Shown: positions 20,677 through 29,923 of the stretch, one piece after another | Numbering within the stretch: the first letter of the stretch is position 1 | Layout: each line of letters starts with the position of its first letter | Source: an uncultured Collinsella sp. | GTDB taxonomy: Bacteria > Actinomycetota > Coriobacteriia > Coriobacteriales > Coriobacteriaceae | Length of the DNA: 64,000 nucleotides | Direction: 5' to 3' | Assembly: GCA_902479145.1 (NCBI GenBank) | Contig: CABSNR010000002.1 | Location: forward strand, 24,393-88,392 | The notes under the pieces: generated by a model | Databases searched by the model: none | Told to the model about the DNA's origin: nothing | Seen by the model: the letters and a program-made list of their open reading frames with translations, nothing else | Program-made: the position numbers and the translations under genes

Positions 20677-20732
20677 ATTGAAGCGGTAATCCCCACGCCG
20701 GCAGGGGGCAGAAGTATCGCCTGCAGCGCTAG

Positions 20733-21497
20733 CTAGCAAATGACCTGCGTGTGTTCCTCGATGGCGGCGCGATCCTCGGCGGCAATACCCGGCTCGCACA
20801 CCACGGCATCCAAACTGTCCAGGCGGCAGAAGGTGTAGAAGTCGCGCTTGCCGATCTTGCTGGAGTCGGCGATGAGGTAGCGTGAATCGGCCTTGCTAAA
20901 GGCGAGCTGCTGGATGCGGCCCTCTTCCATGTTAGACGTGGACACGTCGCCGTCCAAAATGCCGTTGGCGCCGATAAACGCCGCGTCGATGCCCAGTGCA
21001 CGCAGGGTATCCTCGGCCGTTGGTCCCACAAAAGCGGCGGTGCGGCGACGGTACATGCCGCCTACCAGGCACAGGTCACAGTCCTCGCGCGCCTCAAGCA
21101 GGTTAAAGACCGAAAGCGAGTTAGTCACGATGCGCAGGCGGCACGCCGGCAGCATCGAGGCCATCTGCTCAACCGTGGTGCCCGTACCCAAAAAGATGGT
21201 CGAGCCTTCCTCGATAAGCTCCACGGCGCGGCGCGCGATCTGCAGCTTTTCCTCGGCATGCTTGGTGCGCTTTTCGCTGTGCGAATACTCATGGCGCAAC
21301 ATAGCATGTGGACGGCCCTGCGCACTGCGGGCTCCACCGTGCACGCGTTCGATCTCGCCCAGGCTCGCAAGTTCCTCAAGGTCGCGGCGGATCGTCATAT
21401 CCGAGACACCTAACGCATCAGAAATCTCTTTAACCGAGACCGTGCCCTGCTCCTCGAGCAGCTGACGAACCTTATCCTGTCGCTCTGCCTTAATCAC
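20733..21497 (-). CDS. lacR: DeoR/GlpR-family regulator (lactose PTS repressor-like)
   Basis: VSDMTIRRDL HTH, RVHGGA, FLGTGTT, VTNSL, ADSSKIG; GTG start. Confidence 0.85.
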   Translation of the reverse strand: MIKAERQDKVRQLLEEQGTVSVKEISDALGVSDMTIRRDLEELASLGEIERVHGGARSAQGRPHAMLRHEYSHSEKRTKHAEEKLQIARRAVELIEEGSTIFLGTGTTVEQMASMLPACRLRIVTNSLSVFNLLEAREDCDLCLVGGMYRRRTAAFVGPTAEDTLRALGIDAAFIGANGILDGDVSTSNMEEGRIQQLAFSKADSRYLIADSSKIGKRDFYTFCRLDSLDAVVCEPGIAAEDRAAIEEHTQVIC

Positions 21498-21703
21498 GAT
21501 GAATCCTCGCCGTTCTTTGCGCGCATATCATTCAAACAGTAACGAACAAATTGTATCAGACTCGTACGCGTCAGAAATGAACGCCCGCACAGCTCCAATC
21601 ATCACTTTTTTGAGAAAAATACCCCCTGCTTTAGTGGGGTGTAGTGATAATCTCGCCTGTTCGCGCTACAGTTTGTCGGAAATACCTCGATGTTAGGAAC
21701 CAA

Positions 21704-22756
21704 ATGATCACTTCCGAGCTTTTCGGCACCGCGCCGTGCGGTACCCCCGTTCATCGTTACACCCTCAACGGGCCCGAGATCTGCGTTCGCATTATGGACT
21801 ATGGTGCCACCGTGTTGGGCATCGACGTGCCCGACATCCCCGGCAACGTGCGCGATGTGGTGCTGGGCTTCGATAAGCTCGAGGATTACTTTGACAACCC
21901 CGCCTGCTTTGGCGCGACCATCGGACCTGTGGCCAACCGCACTGCAGGTGCCACGATCACCATCGCCGGCACGGACTGGCATATGCCCGCCAACGAGGGC
22001 ACCAACAACCTGCACAGCGATCTTGAACATGGTCTGCACAAACGCGTATGGGACGTTGAGCTCGACGAGGTCCACAATGCCGTACGCATGACCACCTCGC
22101 TTGAGGACGGTGAGCTGGGCCTTCCCGGCAACCGCACCTTTACGGCCGTGTTTACCGTGACGCGCACCGGCTGCTTCCGTATCGAATATGGCTGTGAGAG
22201 CGACCGCGCCACGTACGTGTCCATGACCAACCACACGTACTTTAACCTTGCCGGTCACAACGCCGGTATGGACTGTGAGCACTTCTTTGTTGCTAACGCT
22301 GCCCACTACCTGCCCATCAACGAGCAGAACATTCCCACCGGCGAGATTGCTCCGGTCGAGGGCACGCCGTTTGACTTCCGTGAGCTGCGCCCCGTCGCGC
22401 CTGGCATGGAGGCCGACGATCCGCAGATTAAGCAGGCACGCGGCTACGACCACTGCTTGTGTATCGATGGCTATCAGTACGGTCGCAACCTGCGCCGCGC
22501 GATGCACGTCGAGGAGATGTGGACCGGCCGCGAGCTGGACTACTACACCACCGCCCCGGGTGTGCAGCTCTACACCGGCAACTGGCTGGGCGACGAGCAC
22601 GCCAAGGACGATGCCAACTATGGCTGGGGCGCCGGCTTTGCCCTCGAGGCAGAGATGTACCCCGACACGCCGCACCAGCCGCTGTTCCCGCAGGGCATTG
22701 TGGGCCCGGGTCACCCCTACAGCAATGTGATCGAATACCACTTTATGAGGCACTAG
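21704..22756 (+). CDS. galM: aldose 1-epimerase (galactose mutarotase)
   Basis: DVVLGFD, GATIGPVANR, NEGTNNLH, TNHTYFNL, GYDH, QLYTGN. Confidence 0.9.
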   Translation: MITSELFGTAPCGTPVHRYTLNGPEICVRIMDYGATVLGIDVPDIPGNVRDVVLGFDKLEDYFDNPACFGATIGPVANRTAGATITIAGTDWHMPANEGTNNLHSDLEHGLHKRVWDVELDEVHNAVRMTTSLEDGELGLPGNRTFTAVFTVTRTGCFRIEYGCESDRATYVSMTNHTYFNLAGHNAGMDCEHFFVANAAHYLPINEQNIPTGEIAPVEGTPFDFRELRPVAPGMEADDPQIKQARGYDHCLCIDGYQYGRNLRRAMHVEEMWTGRELDYYTTAPGVQLYTGNWLGDEHAKDDANYGWGAGFALEAEMYPDTPHQPLFPQGIVGPGHPYSNVIEYHFMRH

Positions 22757-22861
22757 GCCCACAACGCGACATATCGCACAGCAACGCCCGCCGGCACACC
22801 GCCGACGGGCGTTTTTCATCTTTTGGGCTCTTTTTCGCTGTGACTGTATGAGTGACATATC

Positions 22862-23011
22862 AAACTATGCCCATTTACTACGTTTAGCCCGGGATGCTCG
22901 ACCATGCACCGGTTTTTGTTAAATGCGCGTGCCGTCTACCTGCGGTTTTGTTTTTCTCAAATTCGACATGCTCGGCGATAACCGATCAAACGTAGTAAAT
23001 GGGCATAGTTT
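22862..23011. repeat. 150-bp element with perfect 24-bp terminal inverted repeats
   Basis: AAACTATGCCCATTTACTACGTTT (22862-22885) and its exact reverse complement (22988-23011); 102-bp non-coding core. Confidence 0.9.
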
Positions 23012-23048
23012 TTGACAGGCGGCATCGCGCGCGTCCCTCGCAAGGGCA

Positions 23049-23079
23049 AAATGATCCGTTTTCCTCCGTCCCCAAGGGA
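23049..23079. repeat. 31-bp interspersed repeat, copy 2 (inverted relative to 51-81)
   Basis: 30/31 identity; abuts the stop codon of the orphan EIIB. Confidence 0.85.
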
Positions 23080-23562
23080 TCAGTTGAACAGATTGTCGAT
23101 GGGATCGGGGGCGGAACTGGGGAGATAGCGGATTTCTAGCTCTATGCCGAGTTCTTGCAGCTCTTTGAAGGCGGCGATGTCCATATCGTCTACGGCAACG
23201 GCAGGCGTTGCAGAGCGTTTGCCCTCCCCTGCCTGCATATGGCCAATGCTGATCTTGGTGATCGGCACACCGCCCTTAGCCAGCGCGAGCGCATCGGCGG
23301 GTGAGGCCACCATGATCAGAATCAACTGGCGCGGCGTTGCGGTATGAATGATGTCGATAGTCCTTTGCACCGAGAAAAACCGCGTCCAAACGCCTTCTGG
23401 CGCCGCCACCCTCATGGGCGCCCATTGGCGCGAATCTGCCGCGATCTCATCGTTGACGATTAGGACGAGGTTGGAGCCCACGGCTTCGTTCCATAGCTCA
23501 ACGTCTTGCCCGTAAATGAAACGGTCGTCGATACGCGTGAGAAGGATCTTGGGTTGAGCCAT
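23080..23562 (-). CDS. orphan mannose-class PTS EIIB paralog lacking the phospho-His
   Basis: 160 aa, colinear with the EIIB at 32804-33286, but RIDDRFIYGQ replaces RIDNRLVHGQ. Confidence 0.8.
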   Translation of the reverse strand: MAQPKILLTRIDDRFIYGQDVELWNEAVGSNLVLIVNDEIAADSRQWAPMRVAAPEGVWTRFFSVQRTIDIIHTATPRQLILIMVASPADALALAKGGVPITKISIGHMQAGEGKRSATPAVAVDDMDIAAFKELQELGIELEIRYLPSSAPDPIDNLFN

Positions 23563-23719
23563 CGCTGCCCCATTCTGTTTGAGACCCGTAAGAGCAAGAC
23601 ATCGCGTCTCCAATATTAGTGCATTTAAAGTGAGAAAAGCCGTCACAACACTTGCGCGGATGTGCGATGTCCCGTATCATAGACAGCCGTTGACGCCTCA
23701 GTTGCGTCACCACATGGCC

Positions 23720-23795
23720 GCCAGCGTAGCTCAGTTGGTAGAGCACCGCTCTCGTAAAGCGGGGGTCACCGGTTCGAGCCCGGTCGCTGGCTCCA
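23720..23795 (+). tRNA. tRNA-Thr (anticodon CGT)
   Basis: Acceptor GCCAGCG/CGCTGGC, D arm GCTC-AGTTGGTA-GAGC, anticodon arm CCGCT-CTCGTAA-AGCGG, T loop GTTCGAG, encoded CCA; 76 nt; terminator at ~23807-23829. Confidence 0.97.
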
Positions 23796-23991
23796 TTGCA
23801 CAAGATAGCCGCCTTCGGACGGCTTTTTTGTTGCCGATTTCGGACGCACATCCGCCAATCCAAGCACAACGTCGCCGGCAACTCCCCTACACAGCAAAAA
23901 GCCCCGCCAACCGCAATCCCCAAAGGAACCGCGATCAGCGGGGCTCAAACGCGCTCCCCAAGGGGAACCACGCTAGCTCACGAGCAGTTCG

Positions 23992-24465
23992 TTACTCTTC
24001 CCAGTAAGCATCTGCAAGCAGCTTAAAGCAGATCTTCTTGACCGGCTGCGCCCCATCGCCCGGGAACTCGAGCGTGGGCATGTGAGGCTCGCCGGCAACG
24101 AACAGCGCAAACTTGTCGTCGGCAAGATCGCCGGCGATCGAGGCGTCGGAATCGACCAGATCGTAGTCGTCCTTCTCGTCAAACTCCTGGACCAGCGTCA
24201 GGCTGCCCGTGGCAACCTTAAAGGCCTCGCGGCCCTCGACGTCGATCTGCAGGTCGTGATAGCGCCGATGCGTCTCGTAGTGAGCTTCTGCCTCGGGACG
24301 CGTCGTGGGAGCCATGACGTTCGCAAAGACCTTGTCGCCCAGAATCGGATGGCTGCCGACCTCGAGCTTCGCCGGATCGTTCTCCTCGAGCCAATCGATC
24401 AGCACGTCGAGGCCCTTGAGCATTCCACGGTACTCCTCGATATCGCCCAATGCACCGTAAATCAT
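23992..24465 (-). CDS. YhcH/YjgK/YiaL (DUF386) family protein
   Basis: HYETHRRYHDLQ, FVAGEPHMP, VKKICFK motifs; amino-sugar cluster context. Confidence 0.85.
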   Translation of the reverse strand: MIYGALGDIEEYRGMLKGLDVLIDWLEENDPAKLEVGSHPILGDKVFANVMAPTTRPEAEAHYETHRRYHDLQIDVEGREAFKVATGSLTLVQEFDEKDDYDLVDSDASIAGDLADDKFALFVAGEPHMPTLEFPGDGAQPVKKICFKLLADAYWEE

Positions 24466-24497
24466 CTAAATCCCCTCTCGGATCGTTTCTTTGGCGG

Positions 24498-24629
24498 CTA
24501 CTCGGCAAACGCATTGCCGACGCTGTTGCCGCCCACATACGCCTCGACCAGGGTAAGGTCGGGATTGAACACGACAAAGTCGGCGTCGCGCCTCGGCATA
24601 ATGCTACCGCACTTGTCGTCGACATGAGC
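24498..24629 (-). pseudogene. nagA: 3'-terminal remnant of a second N-acetylhexosamine-6-P deacetylase
   Basis: AHVDDKCGSIMPRRDADFVVFNPDLTLVEAYVGGNSVGNAFAE* aligns with the C-terminus of nagA at 27356-28525; no start codon or upstream part. Confidence 0.85.
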
Positions 24630-24662
24630 TAGCAAGCAATGCCGGGGCCGACGCCCAGGCTC

Positions 24663-25598
24663 TTACAGCTCGGTCACGACAACGCCGTTGTAGACCTCGT
24701 CCCAACGGTCCATGACTAGATGGCCGGTCATGGGATCCATGGCATTGAGCTTGCCGCAGGTGTTGGCGGTACGCAGCACCGTCTCGTCGTCTGCGCCGGC
24801 AGCGATGGCATGTGCGAAGCCGGCAATGGTCGAATCGCCAGAGCCCGTGGCGTTAACGGCAGGGATATCGGGAGTCTTTGCGCGGAACGCACGGCCATTG
24901 TGGAAGCCCACGGAACCGGCGGCACCCATGGATACGACGACCCAGGGGATATCGGAGAAGCGGGCGTCAGAGGCGAGCGCGGCGCGGAGCTCGTCCACAT
25001 CGTCGGTGGTAAAGCTCGTGCCCAGAAGGCCGTTGATCTCGGTCAGGTTAGGCTTGACCAGCTCGGGCTTAATTTCGGACTTAAGGGCGGCCTCGAGCGA
25101 TGCGCCCGAGGTATCGAGCAGCACCTTGGCGCCGGCGTTCTCGGCAATGCCCGTGATCTTGGCATAGTAGTCTGCCTCGACACCGCGGGGCAGAGAACCC
25201 GAAATGGTGACGACGTCGGCCTTGCTCGCAAGCTCGGCGAACTTGGCGGTAAAGGCATCGAGCTCCTCGGGGGCAATCGTCGGGCCGCTCTCGAGCAGCT
25301 CGGTCTGGTTGCCGGCGTGGAGGATGTTGAGGCAAATACGAGTCTCGCCCTTGATGGGTACAAAATCATTCTTAATGCCGTTGGCATCCATGAGCTCAGC
25401 CATGTAGGCGCCCATGTGGCCGCCGAGCAGACCGGTCGCCACGACATCGTCGCCCAGCTGACCCAGCACACGGGCCACGTTGAGGCCCTTGCCGCCAGCG
25501 GTCTTTTCGGGCGTCACGCGGTTGACGTCGTCGATAACGAGCTCATCGAGCTGATAGCGCGTATCGACAGACGGGTTCATCGTAACGGTGAGGATCAT
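24663..25598 (-). CDS. lacC: tagatose-6-phosphate kinase, copy 2
   Basis: Close paralog of 458-1393; same length of 311 aa. Confidence 0.9.
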   Translation of the reverse strand: MILTVTMNPSVDTRYQLDELVIDDVNRVTPEKTAGGKGLNVARVLGQLGDDVVATGLLGGHMGAYMAELMDANGIKNDFVPIKGETRICLNILHAGNQTELLESGPTIAPEELDAFTAKFAELASKADVVTISGSLPRGVEADYYAKITGIAENAGAKVLLDTSGASLEAALKSEIKPELVKPNLTEINGLLGTSFTTDDVDELRAALASDARFSDIPWVVVSMGAAGSVGFHNGRAFRAKTPDIPAVNATGSGDSTIAGFAHAIAAGADDETVLRTANTCGKLNAMDPMTGHLVMDRWDEVYNGVVVTEL

Positions 25599-25657
25599 TT
25601 TTAGCTCCTTATCTCGCAGGCTCCTTGTGCCTCGCGATACGAGTCGACAAAACGGAA

Positions 25658-26539
25658 TTACAGAATCTCAATCGTGAACGAGCGAACGACGGTCTCCTTG
25701 GGCTTGGCGACAAGGCAGCCGCGCTTATGCTCAAGCACGTCGTCCTCATCGGAGCAGGTCGAGAGACCGCCCCAAGGCTCAACCGCCACAAAATCGCCCT
25801 CGGGCTTGCTCCACACAATGAGATATGGGAAGCCCTCAAAGCTCAGGCGGACGCCCTTGTCCTCGCCCTTTTTGGAAAGCGTGACCTGACGGCTCTCGAG
25901 CACATCAAAGATGGTCTCCGCAAAATCGAAGAGCTCATGCGACAGGGGCAGTGTCTTTCCCACCATGGGGTTCTTGGAGCGGTTGGTAACGTCAATCAAG
26001 CCAGTCGAGGGGACGGCAGTGCAAAGCTCAGCAGCCTCGTCCTTCTCAAAGCGCAGCTCGTAGTCCGTATAGGCCTCGCCCTCATCGAGCGGACACCTAA
26101 AGCCGGGATGACCGCCAATAAAGAACGGCATGTCCTCGGTGCCCTCGTTGGTGACCTCGTAGGAAACGCGCACGGCAGCGTCCTCGAGCGTATAGCGGGC
26201 GACAAGCTTAAACGGATACGGATAATCGCTCAGCAGCGCGGCGTTATCCTCCGAAGCCAGGCACATCGCCAGCTCGTTCTCGCTCTGGCTCAGCAGCTTC
26301 CACTCCTGTTTGCGCGCAAACCCGTGGCGAGCGAGCTTTACATGATGCCCGGCAAACGTCATGGCGCTGTTGTCGCGCAAGCCTCCGCAAATCGGGAAGC
26401 AAATCGGTGCCTGGCCGGACCACACGGCGGGATCGCCCTGCCACAGATACTCGCGACCTCCGGCCTCGATCGAGGTAAACGAACCACCAGCCGTGGACAC
26501 CTTAATAGAAATCGAATCGTTGGAGAGAGCGTATTCCAT
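25658..26539 (-). CDS. lacX: aldose 1-epimerase family protein (LacX-like), copy 2
   Basis: Close paralog of 1450-2331; start MEYALSND after AAGGA. Confidence 0.85.
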   Translation of the reverse strand: MEYALSNDSISIKVSTAGGSFTSIEAGGREYLWQGDPAVWSGQAPICFPICGGLRDNSAMTFAGHHVKLARHGFARKQEWKLLSQSENELAMCLASEDNAALLSDYPYPFKLVARYTLEDAAVRVSYEVTNEGTEDMPFFIGGHPGFRCPLDEGEAYTDYELRFEKDEAAELCTAVPSTGLIDVTNRSKNPMVGKTLPLSHELFDFAETIFDVLESRQVTLSKKGEDKGVRLSFEGFPYLIVWSKPEGDFVAVEPWGGLSTCSDEDDVLEHKRGCLVAKPKETVVRSFTIEIL

Positions 26540-26695
26540 TGCCCATCCTTTCGAACAACTGCTTTTTGCTCGCAAGTACCCGTCTCGGCCCTAACCAAAG
26601 GACAAACCCGCACGCTCATCGATGCGTCCGGTATCCCAGCCATGTAACGGGGTACCATACAGACATTGACGTCATTACAGCTGAAAGGCCTTCTT

Positions 26696-27280
26696 ATGCG
26701 AACCATCATCCTCTACGCCTCGCGCCACCACGGCAATACGAAAAAGCTCGTGGACGCCATCGTTGAGGCGCACCCCGAGATCGATACCCTCGATGTAAAG
26801 ACGCTCGGTAAAAACGAGTATCCCGACCTGCACGAATACCATCTGATCGGTGTCGCCACGGGCATCTATTACTCCGAGATCGACAAGGACATGGCACGCG
26901 TGCTCACGAACGTGCTGCAGCCGCAGGACAAGGTGTTTGGCCTTATGACCTACGGTGGCAAAAACAAGTGGTACGGCAAGGATATCGATGGCATCTGCCG
27001 CATGAGGCAGGCCATCTTTATGGGTGTCTACGGCTGCCCCGGCTTTGATACGTGGGGGCCGTTCAAACTCACCGGCGGTGTCCAAAAGGGACACCCAACC
27101 GCTGAGGAAATTAAGGGCGCCGTCGACTTCTTCGACAAGATCGAAGACGAGTATGGCGACATCATCGTCGAAGAGTACGCCAAGCGCGAAAAGCGCCTAG
27201 CATACGAGAAGGAGCATCCTGCGGGAGGTCTGGTGGCCGGCGTTAAGCGCACGGCAAAGAAGATCGCCAACAAACTGTAA
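26696..27280 (+). CDS. flavodoxin-family protein
   Basis: ILYASRHHGNTKKL FMN-binding loop, TGIYY, CPGFDTWGPFKLTGG, GHP. Confidence 0.8.
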   Translation: MRTIILYASRHHGNTKKLVDAIVEAHPEIDTLDVKTLGKNEYPDLHEYHLIGVATGIYYSEIDKDMARVLTNVLQPQDKVFGLMTYGGKNKWYGKDIDGICRMRQAIFMGVYGCPGFDTWGPFKLTGGVQKGHPTAEEIKGAVDFFDKIEDEYGDIIVEEYAKREKRLAYEKEHPAGGLVAGVKRTAKKIANKL

Positions 27281-27355
27281 CTGTGAAGGTGCTTTTGAGC
27301 GTTTAACCCATACGGCGGGTCCGAGCAGATTCGGGCCCGCCGTCTTTTTCTATCG

Positions 27356-28525
27356 TTACTCGGTAAAGGCGTTGCCGACGCTCTGGCCGCCAACATACGT
27401 CTCGACGAGGGTAAGCTCATGGTCGAACACGACAAAGTCGGCGTCGCGACCCGGCATGATGCTGCCGCACTTACCCTCGATGTGCGCGGAGCGTGCCGGC
27501 ACCTCGGTTGCCATGCGAATGGCGATATCGGCGCTGGCGATGCCCCAGTCGACGATGTTCTTGACGCCCTGGGCAAGCGTGAGCACCGAGCCGGCAATGC
27601 TCTTGCCGTCGGCGAGCCAGCACAGGTTGTCCTTCATGATGACGTCCATACCACCACTGGTGTAGCTGCCCTCGGGCATGCCACCGCAACCCAGACAGTC
27701 GGTGATGAGCACCGTGTGCTGCCAGCCCTTTGCCTGCAGCAGCGCCTTGATGGCGGCAGGGTTTACGTGCTTGCCGTCACAGATGATCTCGGCGTAGGTC
27801 TCAGGCGTAGACATGGCAGCACCCACGACACCGGGCTCGCGGTGATGCAGCCCGCGCTGGCCGTTATAGGTATGCGTAAAGCAGCTGGCACCGGCGTTGA
27901 TGGCGGCGATGCACTCATCGTAGGTGGCGTCGGAGTGACCGATGCTGGTCACCACGCCCTTGGCGTTCAGCGCAGCCGCATAAGCAGCGGCACCGTCGCG
28001 CTCGGCCGCCATGGCGCTCTTAACGATGCGACCACCCGCAGCCTCCTGCCACTGGTCGAAGACCTCCTCAGAGGGGTCAATCAGATAAGCGGGGTTCTGC
28101 GCGCCCACATGCTTCATGGTAAAGAAGGGGCCCTCCAGGTAGATGCCCTGAATGCGTGCACCGCAGAAGTCGGGGCCGCGGCCCTCGTCCGCCTGAGCGA
28201 TAGCGGCGCAGGCGTCCTTGATCTGCTCGACGCCATCGGTGAACGTCGTGGGCAGCCAGCTGGTGGTACCGCGACGGGCGAGCTCGGTCGAGCTGATATC
28301 GATGCCCTCGGGATCGTTATCGGTAGTTGAGTGGTTGTAGAAGCCGTGGATGTGGGTATCGACCATACCCGGCGCAATCCACGATCCCGTGTAGTCCTTA
28401 ATCTCGCAAGAGGGCTCGTCGGCCTGCCAGGCGCCAAAGACGCCATCCTCGACCATAAGATAGCCGCCCAGTTGCGGGCCTGCCGGCAAGAAGAACTTGT
28501 CAGCCTTAATTGCGTACGTGCTCAT
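27356..28525 (-). CDS. nagA: N-acetylglucosamine/galactosamine-6-phosphate deacetylase
   Basis: PGMVDTHIHG, LEGPF, GHSDAT, THTYNG, DGKHV, LITD, IAGS. Confidence 0.93.
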   Translation of the reverse strand: MSTYAIKADKFFLPAGPQLGGYLMVEDGVFGAWQADEPSCEIKDYTGSWIAPGMVDTHIHGFYNHSTTDNDPEGIDISSTELARRGTTSWLPTTFTDGVEQIKDACAAIAQADEGRGPDFCGARIQGIYLEGPFFTMKHVGAQNPAYLIDPSEEVFDQWQEAAGGRIVKSAMAAERDGAAAYAAALNAKGVVTSIGHSDATYDECIAAINAGASCFTHTYNGQRGLHHREPGVVGAAMSTPETYAEIICDGKHVNPAAIKALLQAKGWQHTVLITDCLGCGGMPEGSYTSGGMDVIMKDNLCWLADGKSIAGSVLTLAQGVKNIVDWGIASADIAIRMATEVPARSAHIEGKCGSIMPGRDADFVVFDHELTLVETYVGGQSVGNAFTE

Positions 28526-28642
28526 ATGCACTCCTTGCTTCTAAAGCAGTTGACTGTGGTGATGCTTATACCCAGCACACGTAAAACAAAAAGCGCCCGC
28601 CCGCCGTTATGAGCGGACGGGCGCCCTTACAGGGGGACGCGA

Positions 28643-29809
28643 TTAAGCGGTGAAGGGGTGAATCGTCACGCCCTTAACCACGCGGTTGACCGTGCCGGTG
28701 GGGCTCGGCGTATCGGGCGTGTTGCCCACGCGGACGGAGTTAAGCAGGCTGATAGCCTGGGCAAACATCACGAACGGCAGAGCAAGGTAGCCCTCGGGAA
28801 GTGCCTCGTAGCCCTTAAAGGTGAAGGACTCACCCTCATAGACGGTGGCACCTTCCTGCTGAACGGCGACGGTGTGCTGAGCGATCTTGTCGCCACCGAT
28901 CTCGTTGAGGATGTCGATGTCGTACTGACGGGTGTAGGCGTCGTTGTTGACGAACACAAAGACGAGCGTCTTATCGTCGACGAAGGACTTGGGCCCGTGA
29001 CGATAGCCCATGGAAGTGTCGTAAGAAGTGGCAACCAGGCCGTGAGCAAGCTCGAGAATCTTAAGCTGGCTCTCCTGAGCAAGGCCGCCAAAGGAGCCGG
29101 AGCCCAGGTAGGTCACGCGGTTGAAGTCGCCAGCGAGGTAATCGGCGACCTCGGACTCGCGAGCGATAACCTCCTCGCCCATCTTGGCGATGGTCTCGAC
29201 CCACTCGGCCTTCTGCTCGTCAGAGGCAGTGTCGAAAATAAGGGTGGAGAGCAGGGTCATGCAGGAATAAGAACCGGTCATGGCGAAGCCCTTGTCGTTG
29301 GCGCGCGGAATGAGCAGCGTCAGCGCATTGGGATCATCGGCAGACTCGACGGCGAGCTTGCCCTCGGGAGCGCAGGTGATGTTGAGGAACTTGACGTTGT
29401 GGACGAGCTCCTTGGCAACGGCAACGGCGGCAAGGCTCTCGGGGCTGTTGCCAGAGCGGGCAAAGGAAACCACGAGCGTGGGATCCTCGGCGCGCAGGAA
29501 GTCGCGCGGAGCGCTCACGATGTCGGTCGTGGCGATGGGCTTAAAGTCGTAGAGATCAGTGTTGCCAGCGTGACGCAGGTACGGGGCGCAGGTATCGCCA
29601 ACGTAGTCGGACGTACCGGCACCGGTGAAGACAACGGACAGACGACCCTCGCCCATAGCGCGAGCCTCGGCCAGGAAGGCCTCGATGGCCTCCTTGTTCT
29701 CGCGATAGATGTTGAGCGTATCACGCCAAAGCTCGGGCTGCTGAGCAATCTCGGCCGTGGTGATCTGGGCGCCGAGCTCGGTGAGCTCCTCGACACTCTT
29801 CTCGAACAT
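28643..29809 (-). CDS. agaS: SIS-domain galactosamine-6-P deaminase/isomerase (AgaS-like)
   Basis: TAEIAQQPELW, TGAGTS, SFARSGNSPES, GFAMTGSYS, LKILEL, GYRHGPKS, GTVNRVVKGV. Confidence 0.9.
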   Translation of the reverse strand: MFEKSVEELTELGAQITTAEIAQQPELWRDTLNIYRENKEAIEAFLAEARAMGEGRLSVVFTGAGTSDYVGDTCAPYLRHAGNTDLYDFKPIATTDIVSAPRDFLRAEDPTLVVSFARSGNSPESLAAVAVAKELVHNVKFLNITCAPEGKLAVESADDPNALTLLIPRANDKGFAMTGSYSCMTLLSTLIFDTASDEQKAEWVETIAKMGEEVIARESEVADYLAGDFNRVTYLGSGSFGGLAQESQLKILELAHGLVATSYDTSMGYRHGPKSFVDDKTLVFVFVNNDAYTRQYDIDILNEIGGDKIAQHTVAVQQEGATVYEGESFTFKGYEALPEGYLALPFVMFAQAISLLNSVRVGNTPDTPSPTGTVNRVVKGVTIHPFTA

Positions 29810-29870
29810 TTCTAATACCTCTCTCTAGAAGTAATCCTCTGACGTGCAATTATACACTTCGGTTGGTTAT

Positions 29871-29884
29871 CTGGTAGTAACCAG
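29871..29884. promoter_or_regulatory. putative GntR operator CTGGTAGTAACCA
   Basis: TGGT-N4-ACCA palindrome upstream of agaS; an identical 13-mer lies at 34164-34176 upstream of the PTS operon. Confidence 0.7.
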
Positions 29885-29923
29885 TTAAATGCAAAGAATC
29901 ACCATATGGTAACGATGCGAGCA

